Source of the DNA: Amoebophrya sp. A120
Lineage: Eukaryota; Protista; Dinoflagellata
NCBI GenBank assembly: GCA_905178155.1
Contig: CAJINV010000001.1
Location: 7,609,506 to 7,673,505, forward strand
DNA: 64,000 nucleotides
Direction of reading: 5' to 3'
The notes under the pieces were generated by a model. That model was given only the letters and a program-made list of their open reading frames with translations. It was not told the origin of the DNA and did not search any database. The translations under genes were made by a program, and so were the position numbers. Below, one piece after another: positions 22,763 through 34,565 of this stretch. The first letter of the stretch is position 1. Every line of letters begins with the position of its first letter.

Positions 22763-25089
22763 ATGCCTCTGAACAATCGCCAACCCATGTTCTTCGCGGT
22801 CGGCGCGCTTTTGCTCGCGAGTCCCGAGCACCACGTGTCGGCCGCGACCGCAGGCCCGATCATGGGGTGGATGTCGTGGGAGCGGTTCCGGTGCGAGACG
22901 AACTGCGCGAAGTTTCCGCAGGACTGCATCCAGGAAAAACTGTACTACGAGATGGCGGACGCGCTGGTCGAAACCGGGCTGGCGGCCGCGGGCTACGCCC
23001 AGGTCAGCATCGACGACTGTTGGACCAAGGGACGAGACGAAACGACCAAGGAGCTGCGGGCCGACCCGGACCGGTTCCCGACCGGGATTCCGAAACTCGC
23101 GGACTACCTGCATGCGAAGTCATTGAAGCTCGGGATCTATTCCGACGCGGGGAAGTTGACGTGCGGGGGCTACATCGGAAGTCGCGGCTCCGAGGAATTG
23201 GACGCCAAGACCTTCTACGACTGGGGCGTGGACTACCTGAAACTCGACGGGTGCTACATTGACACGCCCGCGGAGATGACGACGCTCTACACGAAATTCG
23301 GCTTGGCGCTGGAAAAAGAATACGAAAAAAGAACGAGTGGGAGTGCAAAAGATGATGACGTAGCTTCTACTGAGGATAAAGACGAAGCGTATAGAGCCGA
23401 CTCTGCCATCAATCTCGTGGGACGACGGAGTATTCCTATTCAATTTTCAGTTACAACAGCAGGGAGGAGCAGCGGAAGATGCCTCATTGTAGTCAGCTTG
23501 ATGTATTAGAAAAAATATGGAAAGCAATGTTAAATGAAAACATCAACTGTCCACAGGCCGTCGCGAGCTGTCACCAGTCATCTCCAAGAGACCCAAAATC
23601 GTCTACTCTTGCTCCTTATCGAATGTAAAAGTGTCTGGGTCTGGAAGACTGCATGTTTGTCATGCTTGTCTGGCATGACTGTAATCTGTCATGCTCGTTA
23701 CCCCAGAGCGGCATTTTTTTTTCATGCAGAAACGCAGTTTGTCATGCAGAATAGGCAACACGACCTAGAGGCTCAGAAACTTGTCATGCTGAGCGAGCAC
23801 TTGTGGCCTCTTCATGATACGCCACCCAGCATCACAAGTTTCCAGACCCAGACACTTTTGCATTTGATACTCCTGGCCCGCCTACCTGGGCGACGACGAG
23901 CGGGAGAAACCTTACCAAGCGATGTATGGATTGCAAAAATGTCTGGGTCTGGAAGATTGTAAACTTGTAATGCTGTCTCTGGATTCTAAAAAAATTTGTA
24001 TTGCATGACCAGCAAGAGGACTCCAGTTTGTGCTACACGGAAACTGCATTTCTCATGTGGTAGAGGCATCGCAAAGTCCTCTAAAAATCTGTGATGCTAG
24101 GGCATGCATCACAGACATCATGGATCATTCAAAATATGCATGACAAGCCTGGCAATCTTCCAGACCCAGACACTTTTGCATTTGGTACGATGCGGGAGCA
24201 GGCAAAGTGCGACACGTGGCGCAACTGGGCGGACATTGACAACAGCGTGGGGAGTTTGAAGGGCATCGTGAACCACTGGGCGATTTACACCAAGGCGATG
24301 GAAGCCGTTCCCGCAAACGCGTTGAACGACCCGGACATGATTTTGGCCGGCAACGACCACTACGGAACCGTTTTACCAATACAAGCGGCCAAGTTGCAGC
24401 TCGCCGTGTGGGCCGTGGTGAAGGCGCCGCTGTTTCTGTCCGCGGATATTCGCAAGTTTGTCACAGAAAAAAACAAGTACGCGCCTTACGTGACCGCGCT
24501 GAAGGACGAGTTGTTCCTGTCTGTGGTGAAGTCGCCGAGCACCAACATCGGGGGTTGCGTCTTCGGGTGCGGGGAGCTGAAGGGGAAGCGAGAACCTGGG
24601 ACCGTTTCTCTGTCCATCAGCATGCCCTTCGTCACGAGGGCGGACCGGCAAATTTCCAAGGACCCATCCGACCTGCAGATCTGGTTCCGGAAAATGGGGG
24701 CCGGCGTGTTTGCGCTCGCGTTTGTCAATCTGGATGAGAAGCAAGGAACAAAAGTGTCCCTGCGCATCGACCGTGCCTTGAAGGACGCGATGGTCGAGGC
24801 GTGGAACAAGCCGGCTGCAGCGAGCAGTGACGATCATGGGGAAGTGGACCACAGTACAACTTCCAAAAGTTCCTCAGATGGTGGCGGCGTAGGCGTGGCA
24901 GCTGCAGACGTGCTTCCGCCAGAATTCCTGCCGTCAACGACAGGAAGTGTTGCAGAGCCGGTGACGTGGAGCATCGCACTCGATGCGATGGAAGGCCGAC
25001 TCTTTGTCGGGAAAACTGGCAATTACAGGGTGGATGAACAGGCGAAGCAGGAGCAGGTTGGGTCGGACCAACCCACTCTGTTTTTGTGA
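22763..25089 (+). CDS. Glycoside hydrolase family 27 (alpha-galactosidase / alpha-N-acetylgalactosaminidase); 3' end uncertain
   Basis: PIMGWMSWERFRC, VSIDDCW, ADPDRFPTGI, KLGIYSDAG..TCGGY, WGVDYLKLDGC, IVYSCSWPAY, CDTWRNWADI, NDPDMILAGN, APLFLSADIR. Confidence 0.93.
23617..23869. mobile_element. TIR introner/MITE, family A (253 bp), TSD CTCCT
   Basis: CTCCT at 23612-23616 and 23870-23874. Splits the Trp codon of the conserved GH27 YSCSWP motif. Confidence 0.95.
23925..24187. mobile_element. TIR introner/MITE, family A (263 bp), TSD CGATG
   Basis: TATGGATTGCAAAAATGTCTGGGTCTGGAAG...CAGACACTTTTGCATTTGGTA. CGATG at 23920-23924 and 24188-24192. Frame is restored (PYQAMREQAKCDTWR). Confidence 0.94.
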
Positions 25090-25546
25090 GTCACATTGCA
25101 CAAGCATTAATATCCTGAAAAACACACTGGCACCAGGATTTCCGAAAAACAAAAAATATACACGGAAGCAATAGCAGAAAATGTAAGAAATCTTCAAATG
25201 CACCGTCGGCCTTGGAAGTTACTTGGAGAAATGAAAAGTACCGGCGGTCCTGTTGTCATAAACAGAGCGAGAAAGTAATTACAGTGGTATACGCCCGAGT
25301 GGTTGTGCAACTCTTCTCTGACGCTGCGTTACTTCCTGAGCGAAAGAAGTTTGTGGTCGAGGTGAAACCGAAGTCTACGAACGCTGAGTATAATCATTTT
25401 TGCTCTTGGTTGCTTACAACTTCTGAAATAACTCGACGTCATATTGCGTTGCAACTTACCGAAATACTGCTCGTGCCACGATTAAGCAGATGTTTGACAC
25501 TTCAATTCACTCGATGAGTTGAGGTCGGAACGAGGAAAGGAATGCC

Positions 25547-26572
25547 ATGTTGAGGAACCTGCGTAACTTCTTTGCCCCCGGCGGGGGCAACGCGGAGGAG
25601 TCAGGGAGCACAGCGACGCAAGCGAGACCCTCATCGCGGCTTTGGGGACTGCGGGGGTTCAACCACCCTGATGTCGGGCCGCGGTTGGTGCACTGTGCGG
25701 TATTGATACATCAATCTGTGACGCGGATGTAATGTCACAGGAAAGTTGTGGAGTGGTCAAAGTCCCAGTCTGTGAAGATGCTGGTACATGATGACTGAGT
25801 AGAAGCGCCAAAAGAAACCAATTTCAATACAACAGGCTGAGGAGTACGCAACGCCACAGAAGTACATAGATGGGGCGGATATACCGACGTTTTTCCAATT
25901 TCAGTCGAATATGGTTACAGACGAGGACCAGAAGCCCGGTATGCTCAGAAATCTGGACGTCGATAAGCGTTTGACCTTGCCGACGAGAACGCACATACGT
26001 AAATTCATTTTATGAAAAGTTTTTGCTTTTGTTTTGTGGGTGGTAGTTTCTTGCCGTTTCCAGTCATGCGGTCTTGTGCGTGCACTGAGAATTCTGTTAT
26101 TTGTAGTGTAGATGGAAGCGGAAGGCTTGCTCCTGGACCTTCACACACGACACAAGACTTTCTTTTCTGTTGCGATTTCAGGTTGCCTGATCACATCACA
26201 TGACGTGCTCCATGCCTGGGCCGTGCCAGCACTGAACATCAAGATCGATTGCGCACCAGGGCGCATCAACCGTATTTTTTCTACTTTCGATCAGACTTTT
26301 GTTCTGAAAAATAGGCTGCGTTCAAAACAGTGAAAAGTCTGCATGCAAAACCATTTTTGTTCCGATAGGCATCACTATGAGGACTATCGGTTGAATTATG
26401 GCAAACGCAAAATTAACTCCGAGGTATTTTCCTGTTTATCCAGCGGGAGGGCGTGTATTACGGCCAGTGCAGCGAGCTGTGCGGAAGTTTGCACGCCTTT
26501 ATGCCGGTCGTGATTGAAGCGGTATCGCCTGAACGATATGCGAAGCACGCAAAGAAGTGGTACGTCGAGTAG
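25547..26572 (+). CDS. COX2B: Cytochrome c oxidase subunit 2b (nuclear, split cox2 C-terminal CuA domain); start approximate
   Basis: Exons read [70 protein letters not shown] and [48 protein letters not shown]. CuA ligands are intact. The ORF track misses it because of introns. Confidence 0.93.
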
Positions 26573-27047
26573 AATTGAGAAGCAACATGAGCAGCGGAAA
26601 TCTTTACGGAAGGAACAAAAAAAAACAAAGACACAGACAAACGCTTTGCGTTGCCGCGTCGCGTCGTTCGCAATCGCAACGGACTTGTACTCCCATTGAG
26701 TTTTTGCAGTACTGTAAGTATACAACCTTTGGGCATTATCCTAGTGTGTTCACGCGGATCACCTTCAGCCAAGGTCTGTCTGTCAAAAGTGAACCAAAAA
26801 CGATGACAATCTGTGCGGGAATGGAAATTTGAATTGGTCAAAATGAAAATTGGGCAGTCTTTGTTTCAGGAGCTCGCAAAAACGCATTACCGAGAATCGT
26901 GAAGTGTCTATTTCTGGTTGACCTCGGCTTCGACTGCACAAGCAGCGCTAGTCCACAAATCAGTTTCGTGATTGTGATCTTGTTTCTGTTTTCTGTTTCG
27001 CGTTTTTCTTTTTATTCTTTCAAATAGATCACGATCAAAAACAAAAT

Positions 27048-28292
27048 ATGTTGCCACCCCGTACTTCCCTTCGAGCCGCACCAGATTGGCCCGACGAGCG
27101 GTCGACGCACGTGCGCAGTAGTCGAGCCAATCCCCGCTTTCCAGCGGCCGAATGGCGCCGGTGCCTCGCTTCGAGTCTCTCGACGAGCTTTTCTCCCACG
27201 GACATCATGCAGACGGTCGAAGATCGTCACTTCCAGCAACAGGAGCCCGTTCTACTTCCGCAGCGATTCGCTTTCTGCACAAAAACGCGTTCTTCTTTCG
27301 CCAGCATGGCCGTTCTATCGTATGAACCCGGAACCTGGAGCCAAGGGCAGCAGCTTCGTGTGGTCCGCAGCGCGCAGGACGAGCAGTGTGTGCGGTTGCT
27401 CTACGCACTCTGCCTGCTCGCGCAGAACCGCGAGAACGAAGCGCACAACATCGTCACGACGTTGCGGTTCGCTGACAAAAGTGCTGACGTGGTCGGGACA
27501 CAGAAACTTTTGAAGGACGAAGCTTTTCTGGAAGAGCAGCAGGCTGGTCAAGATCTTCATCATCGCTCAGCACCGCAGAAAAGGGAACCACCTGCGCAGT
27601 GGTCAGCTACACAGTCGGCGCGAGAAAGCGAAAAGACAGACCACACAACTGCAGACCATTCGTCGGCGTTCTACTCGTCCAGCTTCTATAAGCAAAGCCA
27701 CTGCACACGATATTCGATGGACGACGTCGCTAACGGGGATGTCGACATGCTCGACGTGCTGGAGAGTTTTGAGAATCAAAGTGAGTCAGCAGAGGAGATG
27801 AAAATAAAAAGCAGCAAGGATGGAACTGCTTCTACAACAACCAATCACGATACAACGTACACCTACGATTTCGCCAGCCAGCAGCTACATGCCTCTGCCG
27901 TCCAGGAGACGGAATTCGGTACGCGCGAGACGCACAGCCGCGAAGTGCTGGCCGCAGCGACGTATGTGCACGCGCTGATCCACCGGCACGAAGGGTCCGT
28001 AGCCGGCGAGCACTCGTTGACGGGGTACGAGAATTCCTGTTTGCTTTTCAACCAAATCCCCCACGATCATCCCGTGTACAAAAAGTTGCGGAGTGGAAGA
28101 TGTAGTAGAGAAGGAATTGCGGCAATTGGAAGGAAAACGGCTTACGGAGCGATGCTAAATGTACGCATAGCACACGCAATGCGCTTCGGGAATGAGACGG
28201 AATTGCTAGCGTGCGAACAGGATCACACCGAGGAGTGGAAAGCGCTTTACACGTATGTGCAAAAGCTGGCATATTTTCGGGAGGAGGTGTGA
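27048..28292 (+). CDS. Hypothetical protein
   Basis: 414-aa ORF with coding-like composition. No family recognised. Confidence 0.55.
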   Translation: MLPPRTSLRAAPDWPDERSTHVRSSRANPRFPAAEWRRCLASSLSTSFSPTDIMQTVEDRHFQQQEPVLLPQRFAFCTKTRSSFASMAVLSYEPGTWSQGQQLRVVRSAQDEQCVRLLYALCLLAQNRENEAHNIVTTLRFADKSADVVGTQKLLKDEAFLEEQQAGQDLHHRSAPQKREPPAQWSATQSARESEKTDHTTADHSSAFYSSSFYKQSHCTRYSMDDVANGDVDMLDVLESFENQSESAEEMKIKSSKDGTASTTTNHDTTYTYDFASQQLHASAVQETEFGTRETHSREVLAAATYVHALIHRHEGSVAGEHSLTGYENSCLLFNQIPHDHPVYKKLRSGRCSREGIAAIGRKTAYGAMLNVRIAHAMRFGNETELLACEQDHTEEWKALYTYVQKLAYFREEV

Positions 28293-30774
28293 TGTGGCTC
28301 GTTTTGGTTTTGGTTGAAGTAGAAGCGCTCTTGAACCTACGAGGCAGTCCTGGCAAATCCAAATGTTTCAATGCTTTCATACTAATGATACTGGTACAGT
28401 TTCCGATGGTTGTGGCTGCTTACTTTATTGTTCATGCTAATAAGCCATCACGTTTCTAATAGAGTGCGCACGTGGAATACTTGCGCAGTGAGTGCTGAAA
28501 AAGAAGTGCCAGGGAATGGCGAAAATTCGGAGCAGCATGGAGATAATGCGTTCGCGCGCTATGATGTTTTTGCGTATTGAGTTTTTTCACCGGCCTCCAG
28601 CTGTGGCGTCTTCAGCTGCTGCTCAGTGGGCAATATCCTGAGGAGTCTCGCCGACCTTCATTCTCGTGGGAGATTGCTCCTGCTGCGCCCTGGCGCGCCT
28701 CCACTTCCAGCAGTCGGACGCCGCGGGCGCGCCGCCAATCGTTCCCACGGAAGTGCGAAGCAGGGCGCGCGATTCGGCGGCCAACCCGCCGGCGGCCTGC
28801 AGCCCGATGGCATTCCTCAGCCACCAGGCGCATCTGGCTACGCGCCAAGGCTGGGCGGTGGCGCCTCGCAATAAGATGAGGAGGGGCGCCCAGCGGTGCC
28901 CGAAAACCCGCGGCGCCCCTTTGGGCGCGGTTAAAGAAATGGAGAGCATGGCACTCGAGGAATTGGCCACCTGCGCCAGCCCTGCCCAAACCGGTCAGCA
29001 ATCCGCTAGTTCCGGCACAGTCCCCCCACCGTCACCCGCCGCCCCGCCCACAGCAAAAGGGCCAGCCGCAGCGCGGCGACAAATCAAACGGGGGGAAGCC
29101 CGGAAATGCCGGCCCGCCGTCCGCGTTTGCGGACGCCAACCAGAAGGCGACTGTGCCGCTTGCGCAGGCATACTGCATACCGATAAGCGAACTAAAGCGG
29201 GAGCGGAATTTTTGCACCATGCACGCATGCGGCTCTCCCTCCGAAATGTACCGCCACCCAGGAGGGGCCTGCGCGTCAAGGGTGTGGCGCCTTTAGGATG
29301 GAGGCGGATGGGGGCAAAAAGGGCCCGGGCCCTATCTTGTCGGCGCGAAGCCCACGCGGAGCGCGCGCCGTCTCTGGTCATGCTGAGATCCCGGAAGCAG
29401 CAGGGGAGATGTGCCAGCGAGACAGCGGGACACGGGTCCGGAACCAACGGCGGCGCAGACGCGCACCCGTACCGCCTAGAGACGAGCACCGAGCGCCGGA
29501 AGAGGTGCGAGGCCTGGGGGTCAGGGGTGCGCTGGGTCTCACCTTTGCGGTCGTTTCTAGGACTGACGGGCGCGCCGGCCCTGTGTTCCACTTGGGCCGC
29601 GCCTGTCTTCGTAGCCACGGAGAGGAAAGAACCGCGGTTCTCCCCGCTCCTGCTTGGATGGAATTTTTAAGATTGCCCGGGAAGGCCGTAGGAAAATTCC
29701 TGGACTCGCCGGCGGTTTCCGCGCTGACGAGTAACCTGGTCGCCCCACCTCGCGACCATTCAAAAGCACAGCGCAACTATCTACGCAGATGCCTTCCCGC
29801 GTGCGGGGGCAGCAGCCCAGGTCGGAATCTCATCTACGCGGTCCCAGATGGCGCCGGTGAGAGCAACCTGCGCGCCTGCTGATGACCCGGCGCGATGCGA
29901 TGGGCCATGCAGATTAGAAGGGAAAGGCGGGGCGCGGCCTTTTGGCTTTTGTTTCTTCGGGGGCGCATTGGCTTAGTAGCGAAGGCGGGAGCGATTTGCG
30001 CCGGCGGCCTTGCCGGGGGGGCGTGCGACAGGGCCGCCGCGAATCGGATGCGGGGGGGGGCGCGCCGTGCCGGTCGGCAGAACGAAGCTGCGCGCCAGCG
30101 ACGGCGCCCCATTGTGCAAAGCTGCAGCGACGGCGCCCCGCGATGGGGGCGGGGGGCGTCGGGCTCCTCACCTGCTTGCACAGGGGCAAACTGACGAGGC
30201 CCGGCCGGCCAAAGGGGGCGCTTGGTCGCCCTTTGTTTTCTCATCTATGTTTCCGCGCCGGCGCCTCGAGTCCGACCGAGTGCGCGGGCGCGCGCGTTCG
30301 GCCCTGCCGGCCTCGATTTACCATAGCGGGAGCGGCCTATTGTGTTTGCGGCCTCGTCGCGGCCCCATATGAAGCGGTTTTCGCCAGCTGCCGCCGGCGG
30401 GCCTGCAGGGTCCCATTGGCTGGGCTTGGTTGCGCATGTGCTGGCACGCAATGTAGTATGTGCAGATCGACTGCGATCAGGGAGCCACGACTTCTTGGAG
30501 TGAAGCGGCTGTTGCGGCGAGACCACGCGTGCCGAGGAGCCCCGCGGGTCGCAATGAATGGTAGCGGTGAGAAGTGAGTGTTCAGTGATGTCTTCATTAT
30601 TTTTTGGTGTCTTCGTTTTGTCGCCTCGCGTGGACGGCTTCCCTCTTTGTTTTTTCGGTGCGTGCAATGTCCGCCATTTCAAGTCTGATCCGGCAACTTG
30701 ATTTGCACTGTTTTTGAAGTCTGACGACCCGGCCAATCCTATGTGCGTGGGAAGTTGAAGTGCCGCTCGTTACC

Positions 30775-32781
30775 ATGGGCCCGCAGCCGAAGTCGACGGT
30801 GTCCTCGAAAGGCCGGCCGGTCTCCGTGCCGCGTTTGGCATTGACTGGCTGCGCCGGACCTGCTCTCGAAGCGAAGACGCTGCCTGTCCGCCATGACGCA
30901 TATCATGTGACGCCACGGCATGAAGCGGTTGCGGCATTTTCCGCTCGCGCGATGCAGGAATTCCGCGACTCCGGGTCTGTCGTGCTTGATGAGCGGACGA
31001 GCCGAAGCCAGAACGTGACTCCGAGGGCGGTAGGAGGTGCCACGTCGGGCGCAACTCCAAGAAACATCAATGGTCAAACTGCTTCTAGTTGTAGCACCAC
31101 GAGAATCACCGATCCGTACTACGGAACTACTCCGCGAGCGGGAGCGAACGCAGCTTATGGGAAAGCTTCTGCCAGTGTAAAAACCCTCCTCGAAGACGGC
31201 AGTCCGAGGCAAACCTACAGTGCGAAAGCTTCTGCGCGAAGCGCCCGCGGAGAGGGAGAGCACGCGGCAACGAGTACGGCAAAGGAAAAGACGACTGCAA
31301 AGGGAATGATCCAGCTTCGAACAGTATTTCTAGTGGGATCGCATTGCAATAATGAATGGCCTCAAAATTACATGATTTGTCGCTCATTCAAGATGACTTT
31401 GACGCAGATGCAAAAGAAAAAAAGTTTTCCCTCTGTCAAAAACTACAGCAAACGTACAAAAGTCCGTTTACCAGACGAGAAAACCGAGACGACTTCGAGT
31501 CGAGCATCCGCGTTCTCTTCACTGAATACGAGAAAGGCGGTGAATTGGATGCGACACACCTTCCCGAAATGTTGCGGCGCTTATTCCGAGGTAAGATTTC
31601 TACTTTGACGTACCTTCTCTGGCTACTCATCTTTCGCCCTGCTTATTGTATCCATTTTCTGAAGTTCGTTGGGATTGGGTTTATTTTTCTAAGTTAAAAG
31701 AAGAGAAATCAAAATAAGATGTGCAAAAATCGCAATAACAGCCGACCTCAACCCCGAGATGCTAGTGGATTTCAAGCGAGGTTTGTTTGAGCGTCTCGGC
31801 CCGACAACCGAGTTTTTGACCGACGAAGGAGTGTTCCACGCGCTAGCGCACTTCATTCTGGACCACCAGCCGCCCGCGGTCGCAAAAGTGATTCTTGGTG
31901 CCGCGCCAGTCGCCACCCGGGACCCGAAAAAGGTCATGAAACGGATTTCGCTGCACTCGCCAAAACTGGTTGCGCATTTGCAGCGTGGGGACTCCGATGA
32001 GCTGGGGGAAACTTGGAAAGACGTGATGACGGCGGAACAGGCTCTCGCAGAAATGGACCAGTGCTTCGAAAACGAGATCGAGAAAACGCAAGCGGCAAAA
32101 GGCGAAGTTCTCGAAAAGGACGCAGCCTCATCAAAAGATCTTCAGCAAGAAGTCTCCTGCTCCCCCCTTCCACCAGCGCGGGCATCGCAGGCGGTCCGCG
32201 CGCGCATGTCAGAGCTGGTCATCCCGCAACTCGCTTTACCCGTCTCCAGCAGCACGACCCAGTCGTCCGCTACGCCGCGCCGGCGCGCGACGACGATGAA
32301 CGTGTCCCGTCGGGATGTGTTGAGCGCTCGCGCAACAAAGGAGTTGTCGGAGGTGACCAAGTCGGAAATTAGTTTGCGCCGCCTGTTTCGGGAGCACTGC
32401 GCGGCGCACCAAGGGAGAGAAAACGGCACCAAAATGCATCCGCCGAGTACCACGTTCGACTTGATACCGCTGTTGTTACGGGAGCTGGGGTTCCCGGACC
32501 TACTGGAGGACCGGTACGACCACTACGTGCAGACTTTCCGCGAGCAGCGCGCGGAAACGGAGGTGGCGGTGTCGGGAAGAACAAGCGCGAGGGCAGGAGT
32601 GAAAAATACGCCACGAAGTAGTTCTACTGCGACTCAGGTTCTTGGAGGTACTACACCACGCGGGAGAGGAGTAGTACCCTGCGCGCGCGATTTCGGCGAG
32701 CTGGAAGAGGTGGACTTTCACATGTTCAAGGCACTTGTCAACAGCGTGGCGGCCGCGCAGCAGGAGAACGGTTCTGGCTGA
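30775..32781 (+). CDS. Hypothetical multi-exon protein, possibly with degenerate EF-hand-like motifs
   Basis: Three consecutive + ORFs (30760, 31356, 31759) with a GTAAG donor at 31591. FTEYEKGGELDATHLPEML and EEVDFHMFKALV motifs. Confidence 0.55.
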
Positions 32782-33773
32782 AAAGGGAATGAGAGAGGGG
32801 GAGAGCAGAAACAGAAATGCAGTGGAAATCAATCTTGTTTCGTAAATTCAAATTCAGTAAAAAACCTATTGATTTACTTACCCATAAAAATGTAGGATAG
32901 CGATCATGATGAAAAGTAGAAGTAGAAAAGTTCGGTCGTACTTTGATGAATACATTAGTGATGTCATGATACCGAGTGTACGCTTAATGTGAATTTCAAC
33001 CATTACATACAGCAAAGAACTACAGTTCAGTTGGCTTCATGTACAACAAGTGAATCATGCTCAGATCGTACTGGTATACTCACAGACACTGTGCTATTGA
33101 AGAACAACTTGTGAAAGGGTACCAGGCAGCAGAAGTTGTTGCAAACGCAGTGTTGACCTTGTGTCCGAGTGATTTGCACACGGAACCGAAAGAGCTTGTC
33201 GGTCGTGGAAAACAGCAATATTGGTGTCGGTCTTCTAAATCTAAATCATGATCTTGGTCATCAATGTCTAACTAGGGCTGATCAACTTTTCCCATGGTCG
33301 GACTCGGAATCGGCTCGGTATGAATTCGAATTCGGAAAGAACAAAGAATTGGAAGATCAGCTTGTCAATTCACCCACCGCCCAAAATTGGATTGGAGCCT
33401 GCAGATCTGCAGCCTCTTGATCACGAAACGTCCTCTTCGCAACGTCGGTTTTCCAAACGTCAAAGTCCTTTACAGCGAACCCATTCTAGAAACTCCCCGC
33501 ATATCTCGCATAGATTCTCCTTGAGAGGAATTTCGCGACCCCTAAAAGCCAAATCTAACACTATTGATTCATCGTTCGCGTTTATCTAGAGTCCGATCTA
33601 CTTCGACATCTGACCCTGACGTAAGACTAACCTGTGTCGACTTCTCCCCTTCTCTGCGCAACTTCATCCTTAGTCAAAACTCCTAATCTTAATCTTCATC
33701 GCCGTGGATAATTCCCGACATAATTTGAGCTTGACTCTACGGTATTAACGTTTTTAGGCTACTTACCACAAAA

Positions 33774-34565
33774 ATGACGTTCTTCCGGAAAGCGTTCGTT
33801 CTTCCGTTTTTCGTTTCCCAAACTGCGGCATTGCGTCGCATTGGCAAGCACCGCCGAACATTGGAACCTGATCCCATTTTTTCCGAAAGCGCATCAGGTG
33901 TCGGCAATGATGCTGACGGCGATCATGGTGACGAGTCTGGCCTGGTCAGGCTTGTGAATCCTAAAACCATTTTCCCCGTACAGGACGTCTCAGCAGAAGA
34001 ACTCGCGGCCGCGTATAATGCCAAGGGTGGAATGCAACTTCTTGCACAAAACCTGGTTCGAAAGCTTTACGCGAAGAATCTCAACAGTGAGTTTGCCAAG
34101 CTGAACCAGGGTTATGGGAACACCAACAGCTCTCTCCCGATAGTTGCTTCCAGCAACAACAGTACTGCCACCGATTTCCTGGCGGAAATTGAAGAAGAAC
34201 CAGTGGCGTCTTCGTCTAACAATACCACCGCGGTTCATACCGTTCCGGATTCAGACAAGGAACAGTGCAACAAAACGGCAGGAGGCGGTGAAATTCCTCT
34301 CCCCGATTTTCAGTACCGCATCCCTGGCGTGATCCGGGTTGTATACACTTCATCTGCGGCGAGGGACGTTTTTGACTTGACTGCTTTGGCAGATCAGCTC
34401 TCGGAGATGAACTTTTTCCGCACGACGACGAACGCCACTCCAATTTCCGCCGGTGTCGATTTCGAGTGGTCTCTGAACGCGTTTTCCGATGGTTCTGATC
34501 CGAATCTTGGGAACGCCGAAGAAAGAATATGGTTCGGTCCTGACGGAACTCGTCTAGACCGTTGA
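33774..34565 (+). CDS. Hypothetical secreted protein
   Basis: 263-aa ORF with signal-like MTFFRKAFVLPFFVSQTAA and several N-x-S/T sites. Confidence 0.55.
   Translation: MTFFRKAFVLPFFVSQTAALRRIGKHRRTLEPDPIFSESASGVGNDADGDHGDESGLVRLVNPKTIFPVQDVSAEELAAAYNAKGGMQLLAQNLVRKLYAKNLNSEFAKLNQGYGNTNSSLPIVASSNNSTATDFLAEIEEEPVASSSNNTTAVHTVPDSDKEQCNKTAGGGEIPLPDFQYRIPGVIRVVYTSSAARDVFDLTALADQLSEMNFFRTTTNATPISAGVDFEWSLNAFSDGSDPNLGNAEERIWFGPDGTRLDR

Noticed and set aside
3412-24187. Repeated ~30-bp sequence as a possible CRISPR array
   Set aside because: Copies are inverted pairs ~250 bp apart inside eukaryotic exons, not direct repeats with unique spacers. No cas genes.
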